Source: Parvicellaceae bacterium (GTDB lineage Bacteria > Bacteroidota > Bacteroidia > Flavobacteriales_D > Parvicellaceae). From it: a stretch of DNA of 64,000 nt. Shown in pieces: positions 9,809 to 19,847 of the stretch. The notes under the pieces were generated by a model. The model did no database searches. It was not told the DNA's origin and was given only the letters and a program-made list of their open reading frames with translations. Made by a program: the position numbers and the translations under genes. Location of the stretch: the NCBI GenBank assembly GCA_965230225.1, contig CBDDKM010000002.1, forward strand, positions 224,914-288,913, given 5' to 3'. The stretch's first letter is position 1; every line of letters begins with the position of its first letter.

Positions 9809-11011
9809 TTAGAAGTGAATATCGAATTGTAAACGATACATTAATCCGCTATCATCACTTCCTTCGGTCGTTAAATAGCTTACATCCGATTGTACTTTCA
9901 ATTTGTGTCCAACTACATACTTAGAAACTCCTAAAGTATATTGTTCCTGCACATCTTTTTCAGTAATTTCTTTATCTAAAGCAATGTTTGTATATCTACC
10001 TGCTAACTCCCAGTTGTTTTCGAATAAGTACCCTAACTGAAGGTTTAGTCCGGTTCCAACACCTACTATTTGTCCGGTAGCAGATTGATCAGAATTAAGA
10101 GCAATTGGTTGGTCTGCTGTTCTATCAGCATACTCAGCCATGAAAGACCACCCTTTATACTTTGCCATTGCATCAATGAATATAGTATGAATGTTTGTTT
10201 GGAAGAATCCTAAATCATTCACCATATAACTACCCATGTTACTTCTTGATTTAACCGCTCTATCGTGGTAATCGTAAGTAGCAGCCAAAGAAACCTTTAA
10301 TGATTCTTCTCTTTTAATATCAGATGCAGAATAATCTCCTTTGCTCTTGAACTTTCCAAATGGAAGTAACTCAATTCTACCGGTATATTTATATCCTCCT
10401 AAGTTGTCTCCAACAATGTTTCTTCCTTCTCCCTGACTCAAAGAAAACATCTCTCTTACAAGAAAGTCATCTCCAATAGTAAAGTGGTGACGCAATTGAA
10501 CACCCATATCACGATCGATGTTAAAGTTCTTGTTTAACATAGAACGATCAACAAACTGCAGATTTCCAGACGAAATTACACGCTCTCTGTTTCCAGGCAG
10601 TTTTGTTTGTCCTCCCCAAATGGTGAAATTTTTGTAGAAATTCCACTTCAATACCGCATCTAAAATTACACGTGGTGCTCCATTTGTAAATTCTGATGCT
10701 CCTCCAATATCTTTATTGGTTAATCCTAGCTCAATCTTGTAAGTTACTTTAGGCGAGTATGCAAATCCTCCAAACTTCAACCTTGCTCTTCTAATTAAGA
10801 ATTCAGAAGAACCTCCATTAATACCAGTGCTGTCATTAATGTTCCACTCTCCCACGTACAACGTTTGAAATCTCGTACCTAGCTTCATGCTCCATGAGCT
10901 ATCTTCGGCAACTACATTTAACAAACCTTTTCCAAATTTGGAATCTACTTTAGTTTGTGCAGTTAAATTTAATGTTAACAATACTAAACCTATAAAACCT
11001 AGCCTTTTCAT
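9809..11011 (-). CDS. phosphate-selective porin O/P family outer-membrane protein
   Basis: Signal peptide and beta-barrel-like alternating pattern, with a C-terminal ...QFDIHF-type ending. Divergently paired with the Na/Pi cotransporter, the usual arrangement for OprO/P-like porins. Confidence 0.65.
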   Translation of the reverse strand: MKRLGFIGLVLLTLNLTAQTKVDSKFGKGLLNVVAEDSSWSMKLGTRFQTLYVGEWNINDSTGINGGSSEFLIRRARLKFGGFAYSPKVTYKIELGLTNKDIGGASEFTNGAPRVILDAVLKWNFYKNFTIWGGQTKLPGNRERVISSGNLQFVDRSMLNKNFNIDRDMGVQLRHHFTIGDDFLVREMFSLSQGEGRNIVGDNLGGYKYTGRIELLPFGKFKSKGDYSASDIKREESLKVSLAATYDYHDRAVKSRSNMGSYMVNDLGFFQTNIHTIFIDAMAKYKGWSFMAEYADRTADQPIALNSDQSATGQIVGVGTGLNLQLGYLFENNWELAGRYTNIALDKEITEKDVQEQYTLGVSKYVVGHKLKVQSDVSYLTTEGSDDSGLMYRLQFDIHF

Positions 11012-11197
11012 AATTGTGTGTTAATTTTTGTCGGTGCAAATATGAATCAAATTAACACTAGGTTAACATTATGATAATCTGATTTAACTATTTCTTAATA
11101 TTAGAGTAATCTATTAACATTTACTTAACATTGGAATTGGATTAATTAAAAAGCAAGGTGATACTTTCGCAAAAAAATATTCTTAATTCAACTTAAT

Positions 11198-13627
11198 ATG
11201 AAAAAGAACTTCTTTTCATTAATCGCTATTTTACTGTTAACAACAGTATACTCAAGAGCAAACGATTCCATTCCGGCAATGGACTCTGTTCCGGAAATCG
11301 TAAATGAAACTTCTCTTAACGTTTCTGGATTATCTACAAGTCTTTTAAAGAATCACAAAGACAAAGATGACAAACCAATGAAAGCTGGAGCAATTGAGTT
11401 TTCGTGGGGAGCAATTGACCAGGGTAACTTATCACTTAGATATAAGTTCGATGGACAAGAGAACTGGAACTATGTTAACGATATTAATGGAAGTGAAACT
11501 TCAGTAACGGTTGACAGCTTAAAAGAAAATAAATTTGGTGTATGGTCTATTGGATCAAACAACAATTGGAGTGATGAAGTTGAATTCCACACTCTTGGAA
11601 CCAATTTATTCGAAAACTTCAATGCAAAAGCTGGTGAAGGAAGTGTTAAATTAACATGGAGTATCAACTACGGTGTTGCTAGTATGATGAAGGAACATGA
11701 TGTCCAAGCAGTTATTATGTATAACACCGACATCGGAAAGAAAAGAGATAAAAAAGGGGTTTCAGGAGGAGAGTGGATGTTTACAGATCCTTTTTCTATT
11801 ACCAAGAATAAATACGAGTTTAAGGAACTTGCAGGTAACGAGAAGTACCACTTTAAAATTGGTTTTGCTCCTAAAGGAGATGTATCTCAGTTAAAGGATG
11901 ACAAATCGCAAATGATTTGGTCGAAATCCATTAAAACTAAAACGAAAAGAAGCTGGGGTATTGCCAAGCTATTAATTCTTATTGGTTCTCTTGGGTTCTT
12001 CATCTATGGAATGAAAATCATGAGTGAAGGGTTACAACAAGCTGCCGGTAGCAGATTAAGAACCATGCTTGGGTCCATCACATCTAATAGGTTTAAAGGT
12101 GTTGCTACAGGATTCGGAATTACATCTATTGTTCAGTCTTCTTCTGTAACAACGGTAATGACGGTTAGTTTTGTTAACGCCGGGTTAATGACACTAAGAC
12201 AATCTGCAGGTGTAATGATGGGAGCCAACATCGGAACAACCATTACTGCATGGATTGTTGTATTCCTTGGATTTAAATTAAGTATTGCAAGTTATGCTTA
12301 CATGCTTATCGCAATTGCAGCTCCTTTAATGTTTATTCAAAAAGGAAAAGCTAAGGCATGGTCTAGCGCAATTCTTGGATTCTGTATTCTATTTATTGGA
12401 CTTGATGAGTTAAAGCACGCTGTACCTACATTAGATGGTAACTCTGCAATTGTACAATTCTTCCTTGATTACAAAGACCTTTGGTTCGGACCAATCATGT
12501 TTGTATTCTTAGGAGCATTAGTAACAATTGTTATTCAATCATCATCTGCAGCAATGGCATTAACACTAGCAATGGTTAACACTGGAGCTATTCCTTTCGA
12601 AGTTGCTTGTGCCATGGTTCTTGGAGAAAACATCGGAACAACAATTACTGCCGAAATAGCTTCATTAATTGCTAACGTTCACGCAAAAAGATCTGCAAGA
12701 ATTCACTCCATGTTTAATATTGTGGGGGTAACCTGGATGATCATTATTCTACCATTCTTCCTAACATTTATTGGATCATTAGTAGGAGGAGACAACTGGG
12801 ATCCTACAGACAAAGGAATGGCCTCTTCAGGTATTGCATTGTTCCACACCTTGTTTAACTTATCCAATGTACTTCTATTAATTTGGTTCGTTCCATTCCT
12901 TGTTCGTATGGCCGAAAGAACAGTTAAATCTAAAGGTGAAGCAGACGAAGAATTTAAGCTTGACTACATTGGAGGACCTATTGGATCGACTGCTGAACTT
13001 TGTATTTTGGAAGCTAAAAAAGAGGTTGCAAAATTTGGAGACATTACCGCCAGAATGAACTCATTTGTTAAGACATTGATTAACTCTTCCGATAAGAAAG
13101 AGAAAAACAAGATGTTCAGCAAGCTTGAAAAATACGAGGAAATCACCGACCGTGTTGAAGTTGAAATTGCAGGATACCTTGGAAAAGCGGCGAGATTGGA
13201 AATGAGTGATGATGCCTCTATTAAAATGAGAGGAATGTTGAACATTACTACAGACCTTGAACGAATTGGAGATATCTTCTACCAAATTGGTAAAACGATC
13301 GAAAGAAAAGAATCAAACAAACATTGGTTCTCTCCTAAACAACGTGAAGGGATCAACAAAATGATCAAGGTAACCGGAGAAGCATTCGACATAATGAATA
13401 GTAACCTTAAAGCTGAATATGGAACCATTAACGTCGAAAAAGCAGTTGAAAAAGAGAGAGAAATTAATCAACTCAGAAACGATTTAAGAAGAGAACATTT
13501 AAACTCAATTGAAGAGCCAGAGTATAACATGCAAAGCGCAATTATATACAGCAATCTGTTCTCTTCATTTGAAAAGGTCGGCGACCACATCATAAATGTA
13601 AGTGAGGCCGTTGCCGGAGACATTTAA
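11198..13627 (+). CDS. Na+/Pi cotransporter family protein with C-terminal PhoU-like domain and an extra N-terminal secreted domain
   Basis: The core (LLILIGSLGFFIYGMKIMSEGLQ...SSVTTVM, and a repeated QSSSAAMALT motif) is typical of NptA-type Na/Pi cotransporters. The C-terminal helical region resembles PhoU. The first ~240 aa carry a signal peptide plus a beta-rich domain not normally present. Confidence 0.8.
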   Translation: MKKNFFSLIAILLLTTVYSRANDSIPAMDSVPEIVNETSLNVSGLSTSLLKNHKDKDDKPMKAGAIEFSWGAIDQGNLSLRYKFDGQENWNYVNDINGSETSVTVDSLKENKFGVWSIGSNNNWSDEVEFHTLGTNLFENFNAKAGEGSVKLTWSINYGVASMMKEHDVQAVIMYNTDIGKKRDKKGVSGGEWMFTDPFSITKNKYEFKELAGNEKYHFKIGFAPKGDVSQLKDDKSQMIWSKSIKTKTKRSWGIAKLLILIGSLGFFIYGMKIMSEGLQQAAGSRLRTMLGSITSNRFKGVATGFGITSIVQSSSVTTVMTVSFVNAGLMTLRQSAGVMMGANIGTTITAWIVVFLGFKLSIASYAYMLIAIAAPLMFIQKGKAKAWSSAILGFCILFIGLDELKHAVPTLDGNSAIVQFFLDYKDLWFGPIMFVFLGALVTIVIQSSSAAMALTLAMVNTGAIPFEVACAMVLGENIGTTITAEIASLIANVHAKRSARIHSMFNIVGVTWMIIILPFFLTFIGSLVGGDNWDPTDKGMASSGIALFHTLFNLSNVLLLIWFVPFLVRMAERTVKSKGEADEEFKLDYIGGPIGSTAELCILEAKKEVAKFGDITARMNSFVKTLINSSDKKEKNKMFSKLEKYEEITDRVEVEIAGYLGKAARLEMSDDASIKMRGMLNITTDLERIGDIFYQIGKTIERKESNKHWFSPKQREGINKMIKVTGEAFDIMNSNLKAEYGTINVEKAVEKEREINQLRNDLRREHLNSIEEPEYNMQSAIIYSNLFSSFEKVGDHIINVSEAVAGDI

Positions 13628-13643
13628 AACTAAATAATTAAAA

Positions 13644-13668
13644 AGGGCCGTGAAAACGGTCCTTTTTC
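13644..13668 (+). terminator. rho-independent terminator (agggccgt-gaaa-acggtcct + T5)
   Basis: 8-bp stem with one G-U pair, a GAAA tetraloop and a T-run, after the cotransporter stop. It overlaps the ORF-track start of the next ORF. Confidence 0.65.
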
Positions 13669-13688
13669 ATATTGTATTAACTCACACT

Positions 13689-14819
13689 ATGAAATCAAGA
13701 AACCTAAAGGAAATAGCTACTGTATTTTTTAAACTCGGATGCATTGCTTTTGGAGGGCCAGCGGCTCACATAGCAATGATGGAAGAAGAATTAATCGAAA
13801 AAAGAAAATGGATGTCCAGAGAACACTTTCTGGACCTAATAGGAATAACCAATTTAATTCCAGGACCAAACTCAACAGAAATGACCATGCACTGTGGGCA
13901 CGAAAGAGGAGGATGGCCAGGATTATTTGTTGCGGGAATAAGTTTCATATTTCCAGCAGTAGTTTTAACAGGCCTCTTAGCCTGGTTATATGTAAGCTAT
14001 GGGAATTTACCGGAAGTTGAACCATTTATATTTGGGATTAAACCAGCGGTAATTGGGATCATTATTGGTGCAGTATACAAACTCGGTAAAAAAGCACTTA
14101 AAAATTGGGAACTGGGTGTAATCAGCATTATTACTGTAACTATCTGCCTTATTGGGGTTGATGAAATATCAGCATTGTTAATTACAGGTGTTGTAGGAGC
14201 ATTATATTTTAACGTCAAAAACAGAACTCAGAATAAATCTTTCCTGTTTCTCCCACTCTTTATAGCAAAATCCGGAGGTGTTGCAACCGCGAAGTTTGGA
14301 ACCTTTAAAATATTCTTATCATTTCTAAAAGTTGGGGCCATTCTTTACGGTAGCGGCTATGTGTTATTTGCCTATTTAGATGCTGAACTAGTGGAAAAAG
14401 GACTTCTTACCCACTCTGAACTAATGGATGCTATAGCAGTGGGACAATTTACTCCAGGACCGGTTTTATCTACAGCTACATTTGTTGGGTTTCAATTAGG
14501 AGGTGCTTCTGGTGCAATAGCCGCAACAGTGGGGATGTTTCTACCATCCTTTCTATTTGTATTGCTTCTAAACCCTCTAATTCCAAAAATGAGAAAGTCT
14601 AAGCCACTTTCCTACTTTTTGGACAGCGTAAATGCAGCAGCCGTTGCAGTAATGGTTTCTGTACTTATAAATATGTCGCTTGAGTTTACAAACGACTGGA
14701 AGTCCATGGTAATTGCCGCAATTAGTATTGCGGTAGTATTTCTATTCAAGAAAGTTAGTTCTATCTGGTTGGTAATTGGAGGGTCAATTCTAGGATATGC
14801 ACTTCAATTAATACCTTGA
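13689..14819 (+). CDS. chrA: chromate transporter ChrA (duplicated CHR domains)
   Basis: LKEIATVFFKLGCIAFGGPAAHIAMMEEEL...PGPNSTEM is the hallmark CHR-family N-terminal motif, repeated in the second half (FLKVGAILYGSGY...PGPVLSTA). The start was moved to the internal ATG at 13689 because the terminator occupies 13644-13668. Confidence 0.8.
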   Translation: MKSRNLKEIATVFFKLGCIAFGGPAAHIAMMEEELIEKRKWMSREHFLDLIGITNLIPGPNSTEMTMHCGHERGGWPGLFVAGISFIFPAVVLTGLLAWLYVSYGNLPEVEPFIFGIKPAVIGIIIGAVYKLGKKALKNWELGVISIITVTICLIGVDEISALLITGVVGALYFNVKNRTQNKSFLFLPLFIAKSGGVATAKFGTFKIFLSFLKVGAILYGSGYVLFAYLDAELVEKGLLTHSELMDAIAVGQFTPGPVLSTATFVGFQLGGASGAIAATVGMFLPSFLFVLLLNPLIPKMRKSKPLSYFLDSVNAAAVAVMVSVLINMSLEFTNDWKSMVIAAISIAVVFLFKKVSSIWLVIGGSILGYALQLIP

Positions 14820-15058
14820 TTTAACGCAATAGTAACATACATTCAACTCAATGTTAATCTTATCTTAACATTTAACTTTGCTGATCGGAGTTAGACTGTT
14901 TACACTATCTAACTTCACACACTGGGACTCTAACCAAACATCTCTGTACTGCCCATAGAACCAAGGAAATGCATTTTTTTCTTGAAGCCATTACCTTAGA
15001 ATTGCATTGGTTAAACCGATTTTAACAATTACTTAATGGCTTTCAGTGCGATAATTAT

Positions 15059-15090
15059 TCATGAAGTCCTGAAATTTGCACTTCATGAAT
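15059..15090. promoter_or_regulatory. 10-bp perfect inverted repeat (ttcatgaagt-N12-acttcatgaa) overlapping the response-regulator start codon
   Basis: Palindrome read directly from the sequence. The second arm contains the probable ATG (15085). A third overlapping tgaattca palindrome follows. Confidence 0.35.
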
Positions 15091-15783
15091 TCATTAAGTC
15101 CCAATAAAATATTAATTATTAACCCATCTTCTATTGAAGCAGATTTGATGAAAGGGTTATTTGAGGATAATGGATTTGATGTAATTCTCGCTGAAACAGG
15201 CTCTCAAGCTTTATCCATTATCCCAGAGGAAATGCCTGATATAGTTCTAATCGATCTTCACTTAGATGATATTGATGGAATTGAATTGAGCCTTGAAATA
15301 AGGAAAGACAATAGAGCTACAAAATCTTTGATTGCATTACTTTCAGATAGGAACGAAGACTATACCAAAATAGCGGCTTATCAAGCCGGGGTGGATTCGT
15401 TTCTAATAAAACCAATTCGAAATAGAGTCCTTATTGAAGAAGTGAAGGTACTACTCAGAAGAAGGACCAGAGATGAAGAAAGTGCTTCTTTAATAACCTT
15501 AGGTGACCTAAAAATTGATCTGGACAAAAGGATAGTTACCTATAATGGTGTAGCACTGTTCCTTACTAAAAAAGAATTCGATTTAATTGTAATGCTGAGT
15601 TCTAAACCCAAAAAAGTATTCACAAGAGAAGAAGTTTACAGAAGAGTTTGGGGAGAAGAAATTACCGAAGGAAACAGGATTATTGATGTATACATCAGAA
15701 AACTTAGAACCAAACTTGGAGCCAATACCATACAATCTGTTAAAGGAGTTGGCTATAAATTTATCGCTCAAATTCATGATTAA
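15085..15783 (+). CDS. OmpR/PhoB-type response regulator (receiver + winged-helix trans_reg_C)
   Basis: Receiver motifs (ILIINPSS..., DIVLIDLHLDDIDG) and a C-terminal LTKKEFDLIVMLS...VGYKF winged helix. The ORF track begins at a TTG at 15076; the ATG at 15085 is more plausible. Confidence 0.8.
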   Translation: MNSLSPNKILIINPSSIEADLMKGLFEDNGFDVILAETGSQALSIIPEEMPDIVLIDLHLDDIDGIELSLEIRKDNRATKSLIALLSDRNEDYTKIAAYQAGVDSFLIKPIRNRVLIEEVKVLLRRRTRDEESASLITLGDLKIDLDKRIVTYNGVALFLTKKEFDLIVMLSSKPKKVFTREEVYRRVWGEEITEGNRIIDVYIRKLRTKLGANTIQSVKGVGYKFIAQIHD

Positions 15784-15791
15784 ATAGAGCT

Positions 15792-16193
15792 TTACTTTAA
15801 TATTTCTAAGGTCAGGATTTTCTGTATTCGTTTAACACTCACATCTTGAAAGCCGGTATTACTGATTCCTTCACTTTCAAATATACCACAAATCTTAACC
15901 CTTTTATTTAGATAGTTATCGGCTATAGTTTCGGAATTATATATTGGTAATTTCTGGCCTCTTCTAAGCTTAATTTCAAAATCAAAATATTGAGCTTGTC
16001 CACCTTTACCACTCCCTTTAGACTCAAATTCTTTTAAAATTCCTTCAACTATAACGGTGTCCCTATCATTTACGTTATTTATATCTTCTGCATCCTTTAT
16101 AATTGAGTATTTATTCTCACTAGTTGTATCTGTATTTTTAGAGACACCACATCCGACAAGGAATATAAATATGCAAAGAGGTAAATGTTTCAT
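15792..16193 (-). CDS. hypothetical lipoprotein
   Basis: FLVGCGVS lipobox. No other motif recognised. Confidence 0.4.
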   Translation of the reverse strand: MKHLPLCIFIFLVGCGVSKNTDTTSENKYSIIKDAEDINNVNDRDTVIVEGILKEFESKGSGKGGQAQYFDFEIKLRRGQKLPIYNSETIADNYLNKRVKICGIFESEGISNTGFQDVSVKRIQKILTLEILK

Positions 16194-16351
16194 TAGTCTT
16201 GTCGTTTTTAATCACATATGGTGATATGTGCAATACAAGTGTTGTTATTTCCATAAATATACGGAATTCAAGTTGCACACCTCTGAGTGGATTGATCAAA
16301 AAGACTCTGAAGGACTCACACCGAAAATAAATTTCTATATCACCTATTTAT

Positions 16352-16390
16352 TAAAAAAATAAAGCTACCCCAGAAGGAGTAGCTTTAAAA
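16352..16390 (-). terminator. rho-independent terminator for the COG0523 gene (aaagctac-N10-gtagcttt flanked by A/T runs)
   Basis: 8-bp perfect stem. On the minus-strand transcript it is followed by a U-run (the complement of ttaaaaaaat). Confidence 0.5.
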
Positions 16391-16430
16391 TCGTGCCCCT
16401 TTTTAAGCTCAGAATTTCAACCCTCGTAAT

Positions 16431-17651
16431 CTACAAAGCATAAGCTCTTTCCACAGGCCAATTATCCTCATGACCTAATCTCCATTCTCCCGACTCTAAC
16501 TCTTCATCAGTTGCCAAACAGGCGTCAAGATCAGATTTAATCAGTTCTTCGTTCATATTTTGGCCAATGAAAACAATTTCATTTTTTCGGTCACCAAAGG
16601 TACTGTGCCATGTGGCCTCAATTTCTGCTTTATTCTCGATAAACGCAACGTATCGAATACGATTTTCAAATGGCATACTACTCCACCAAACTCCCGCACT
16701 ATCAGCTTTCAATGATCCTCCGGCCTGACCCCAAATTAATGCTTGTTCAGGACGAGAGTTTAACCAGAACATTCCTTTACTTCGAAGTACCGTTTGGGGA
16801 AACCTTTGTTGAATATACGCCCAAAATCGTTCGGAATCGAAGGGTTTAATGGAACGATAAACAAAAGATCCTAGCCCATATTCTTCCGTCTCAGGGGTGT
16901 GCTCATCCTTGTTGAGTTCTTCTATCCACCCAGCGCTCTGCTCAGCCTCCTCAAAGTCAAAAAGTCCTGTATTTATAATCTCAGAAGGATCAACCTTACT
17001 ATAACTAGACTCAATAATTTTGGCAGATGGGTTTAGTTTATGAACCGTAGCTTTTAAAATTCCTAAATGCTCTTCCGAAACCAAATCAGCCTTATTAAGA
17101 ATCACCACATTGGCAAATTCTATTTGATCGGTCAATAGATTAACAATGGTTCTATAATCTCCTTCAATATCGGTCATTTGTCTATCCATCAAAGTTTCAG
17201 GACTACCAAAATCTCTAAAGAAGTTAAAAGCATCCACAACTGTTACCATGGTATCTACATAGCTATACCTAGAAAGGTCAATATCGTTCTCTTCATCAAC
17301 AAAAGAAAAAGTTTGAGCTACTGGTATAGGTTCACTTATTCCCGTGCTTTCAATAAGCAGGTAATCAAAACGGTTTTCTTTAGCCAAACGTTCCACCTCT
17401 ACCATTAAATCTTCTCGAAGTGTGCAGCAAATACAACCATTACTCATCTCTACCAATTTCTCCTCAGTTCGCGATAGTGTATTCTCACTTTTAACCAAAT
17501 CGGCATCCACGTTCACTTCGCTCATATCGTTTACAATAACAGCAACTTTTAAGCCTTCTTTATTGTGTAATACATGATTAAGAAGTGTTGTTTTTCCCGC
17601 TCCCAAAAACCCACTGAGTACGGTTACCGGTAATTTATTGTTTTTTGACAT
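16431..17651 (-). CDS. COG0523-family GTPase (CobW/ZigA/YciC-like metal chaperone)
   Basis: Walker [16 protein letters not shown], the signature [10 protein letters not shown] (CxCC) motif, and a C-terminal CobW_C-like domain. Confidence 0.85.
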   Translation of the reverse strand: MSKNNKLPVTVLSGFLGAGKTTLLNHVLHNKEGLKVAVIVNDMSEVNVDADLVKSENTLSRTEEKLVEMSNGCICCTLREDLMVEVERLAKENRFDYLLIESTGISEPIPVAQTFSFVDEENDIDLSRYSYVDTMVTVVDAFNFFRDFGSPETLMDRQMTDIEGDYRTIVNLLTDQIEFANVVILNKADLVSEEHLGILKATVHKLNPSAKIIESSYSKVDPSEIINTGLFDFEEAEQSAGWIEELNKDEHTPETEEYGLGSFVYRSIKPFDSERFWAYIQQRFPQTVLRSKGMFWLNSRPEQALIWGQAGGSLKADSAGVWWSSMPFENRIRYVAFIENKAEIEATWHSTFGDRKNEIVFIGQNMNEELIKSDLDACLATDEELESGEWRLGHEDNWPVERAYAL

Positions 17652-17767
17652 TTTCAGTTTTTTATCTATCCGCGCTAAAGGATTTCATGGAAATGTTACC
17701 GCAGCGGCAGACAAAAATACTGAAATTTAATCAATTGCAACATCGTTGCATTTATAAGCAATTGAAA

Positions 17768-18625
17768 CTAGCCATATAAAACATCATCAACATTTGGGGG
17801 ATTTTGTTCGGCCCAGCTTACATAAGCTTGGTTTTCCTCTATTGCAGGGCAAAAAACCGCAGAAAAAGTTCGTAGGTTTTTATTTTGTTGAAACTCTGGA
17901 CATTCCTTTAATTTTTGCATTTCATCAATTACAATCATTTCAAGATTTTGAAGTTTTGAAACAAATTGTAACGATTCGGTCTTCCTATCTCTTGTAATTC
18001 TCAGCTTTTTCAAACTAGTCATGTTACCCAAATAAGAGTAATCCAAGATTTTTGGACCAAAATTAGAGAAAGATGTTAGCTCTATGTTTTCCAAACAACT
18101 TAAATCATTAAGTTTTACTGATGTCAAACGCAAAGTTTTGAGGACATTAGCAGATTGAATAAGTTGATCCACATTTTTATAATTCCCTACAACTCCAAGA
18201 GACTCTAATTTTGAACTAAATTTTATCAAACCAGACACATCAATACGTTTCTTTACATCAGGCAGATTGATTTCAATAACATTATCCAGGCATGATAAGT
18301 GTTCTATAGATGCGTTAAATTGATCTTGTGTGGTTTCATAACCTCCAACGTGCAGTTTAACTCTCTCTACTGTTGGAGTATATTTCAGTAAATCCGTACG
18401 AGGGATAAAGAAATCGAAAAGAACATCTTTCCTTTCTCTGAAAATAATGTTAAGCTGCTCAATGGTTTCGTCATCCAAATCGTAATTAATGGGATCTTTA
18501 CCATACGTGTCTTGCATTAAACTCACTACTCTAAAATGAGGATTGGAGATCAACTCCCTTAGCTCTTCTTCTGAAAAAGAGATACACTTACGTAGCTCTA
18601 AGGCTCCACTCGATAATTCTATCAT
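17768..18625 (-). CDS. leucine-rich-repeat protein
   Basis: Repeated LxxLxLxxN/C-type segments (LKTLRLTSVKLNDLSCLENIELTSF..., LKKLRITRD). Confidence 0.5.
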   Translation of the reverse strand: MIELSSGALELRKCISFSEEELRELISNPHFRVVSLMQDTYGKDPINYDLDDETIEQLNIIFRERKDVLFDFFIPRTDLLKYTPTVERVKLHVGGYETTQDQFNASIEHLSCLDNVIEINLPDVKKRIDVSGLIKFSSKLESLGVVGNYKNVDQLIQSANVLKTLRLTSVKLNDLSCLENIELTSFSNFGPKILDYSYLGNMTSLKKLRITRDRKTESLQFVSKLQNLEMIVIDEMQKLKECPEFQQNKNLRTFSAVFCPAIEENQAYVSWAEQNPPNVDDVLYG

Positions 18626-18780
18626 ATCATTTATTTTGGTGCTAGTGCTCCAATAAAATTACATCAATTAATAGATTATTCATTAAACTGAGAGCTTTTA
18701 AATATGACTATTTAAGTAATAAGGATGAAAAAGGATCAGAAAGCCATATTGAACGATAATATAGATACCTAACGTTTTGG

Positions 18781-19452
18781 CTAAACTACTTTTATTCTCA
18801 AATTATTCAGAAATTCGGATAATGAATTAGCCACTTTAATGAAAGGTATTCTATCAATCTCAAACTTTGCTTCTTCACTAATTGCGGAGTCGTGTATTGA
18901 GACAAGTTTATGTTTTTTTAGAATCTTATTTGTTTTTAATTCGTAATAATCCTCATCTGCTGTGAATGCAGGGTTGAACCATTGCGAAAAAAAGAAATAA
19001 ACCGAACCATAATCCCTTTCATCTAAACCAATACATAATAAATCTCCAGCATCAGGTAGAGTGCAAGTGGCAATGGGCATCATTTTATCTGGTAAAAAAT
19101 CATATTCAAATTTCAAATATGCATAAGCTGCTATCAAGTTAGGAACGGTATGCCCCTCGATAGTTGGTTTAGGAATTGGCTCTGAAGTCCAGCCACCAAA
19201 GAAAGCAAATATACTAGGCGTCCAATTGTCTTCATCTTCCTTCAAAGGAGAAGTAAATACAACCTCTTCCTTTTTTATACCTTCATTAGTATTCTGAATA
19301 TATCCAGGGGTAACGAAACCTCCATTTGATTGAAGCAAAAAATCTATATAGTCATTTGGCAATGGAGGTAAATTAAATTTTTCCGATAGAGTATTTTCTA
19401 ATTCTTCTAACAGATTCTTATCAAGCTTTGGGAACGATCCAATTATTTTCAT
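18781..19452 (-). CDS. SMI1/KNR4 (SUKH-1) family protein, putative orphan immunity protein
   Basis: N-terminal LEELENTLSEKFNLPPLPNDYIDFLLQSNGG matches the LP..Y..FL...NGG hallmark of SUKH-1, and the later GDLLCIGLDERDYGSVYFF resembles its second conserved block. Confidence 0.55.
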   Translation of the reverse strand: MKIIGSFPKLDKNLLEELENTLSEKFNLPPLPNDYIDFLLQSNGGFVTPGYIQNTNEGIKKEEVVFTSPLKEDEDNWTPSIFAFFGGWTSEPIPKPTIEGHTVPNLIAAYAYLKFEYDFLPDKMMPIATCTLPDAGDLLCIGLDERDYGSVYFFFSQWFNPAFTADEDYYELKTNKILKKHKLVSIHDSAISEEAKFEIDRIPFIKVANSLSEFLNNLRIKVV

Positions 19453-19762
19453 TTCTATATTTTTATGACCGACAACATTCGAATAAAATCTATTGGTTTT
19501 TATTCCTTTTAAAAGGAATAAAGTTACTTCGATTATTTTAACCCCAACGAAAAAAGATCAACCCCAAGTGGGTTGGCTATTAAGCCTTGGCTACGATAGG
19601 ATTACTTCGTGATCCTGTTTGGCTACGAATGTCAAAAGCAAAGTCCAAATTGCAGTGCAATTTTACTTTTTTGTTTCTCCGAACTGCCTCGAATAAATTC
19701 GGGCTGTTCTCTGAAACAAAAAAGTCCAATGAGTTTTTACTCATTGGACTTTGCTCTCTTAG

Positions 19763-19836
19763 TGACCCCGGCAGGATTCAAACCTGCAACCGCCAGAGCC
19801 GAAATCTGATGCGCTATTCAGTTGCGCCACGGGGCC
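19763..19836 (-). tRNA. tRNA (cloverleaf foldable by hand; anticodon loop TTTCGGC gives UCG, so Arg)
   Basis: Reverse complement GGCCCCG TG GCGC AACTGAATA GCGC A TCAGA TTTCGGC TCTGG CGGTT GCAGG TTTGAAT CCTGC CGGGGTC A. Seven-bp acceptor, T-loop TTTGAAT (a GTTCGAAT variant) and discriminator A are present; CCA is not encoded. The anticodon register is less certain than the tRNA itself. Confidence 0.8.
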
Positions 19837-19847
19837 AAGTAAATTGA

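Noticed and set aside
9809-11011. Porin as a T9SS/SprF-family or PorP-like protein because of the surrounding T9SS cargo
   Set aside because: Its pairing with the Na/Pi cotransporter and its general sequence character favour a phosphate-selective porin O/P. No PorP-type motif was recognised.
13650-13688. Upstream extension of chrA from the ORF track (start 13650)
   Set aside because: A rho-independent terminator for the preceding gene occupies 13644-13668. CHR-family proteins start near the MKSRNLKEI motif.
16431-17651. COG0523 GTPase as part of a B12 (cobW) biosynthesis cluster
   Set aside because: No cobalamin genes are nearby. The CxCC motif and isolated context favour the zinc-homeostasis (ZigA/YciC) subgroup.
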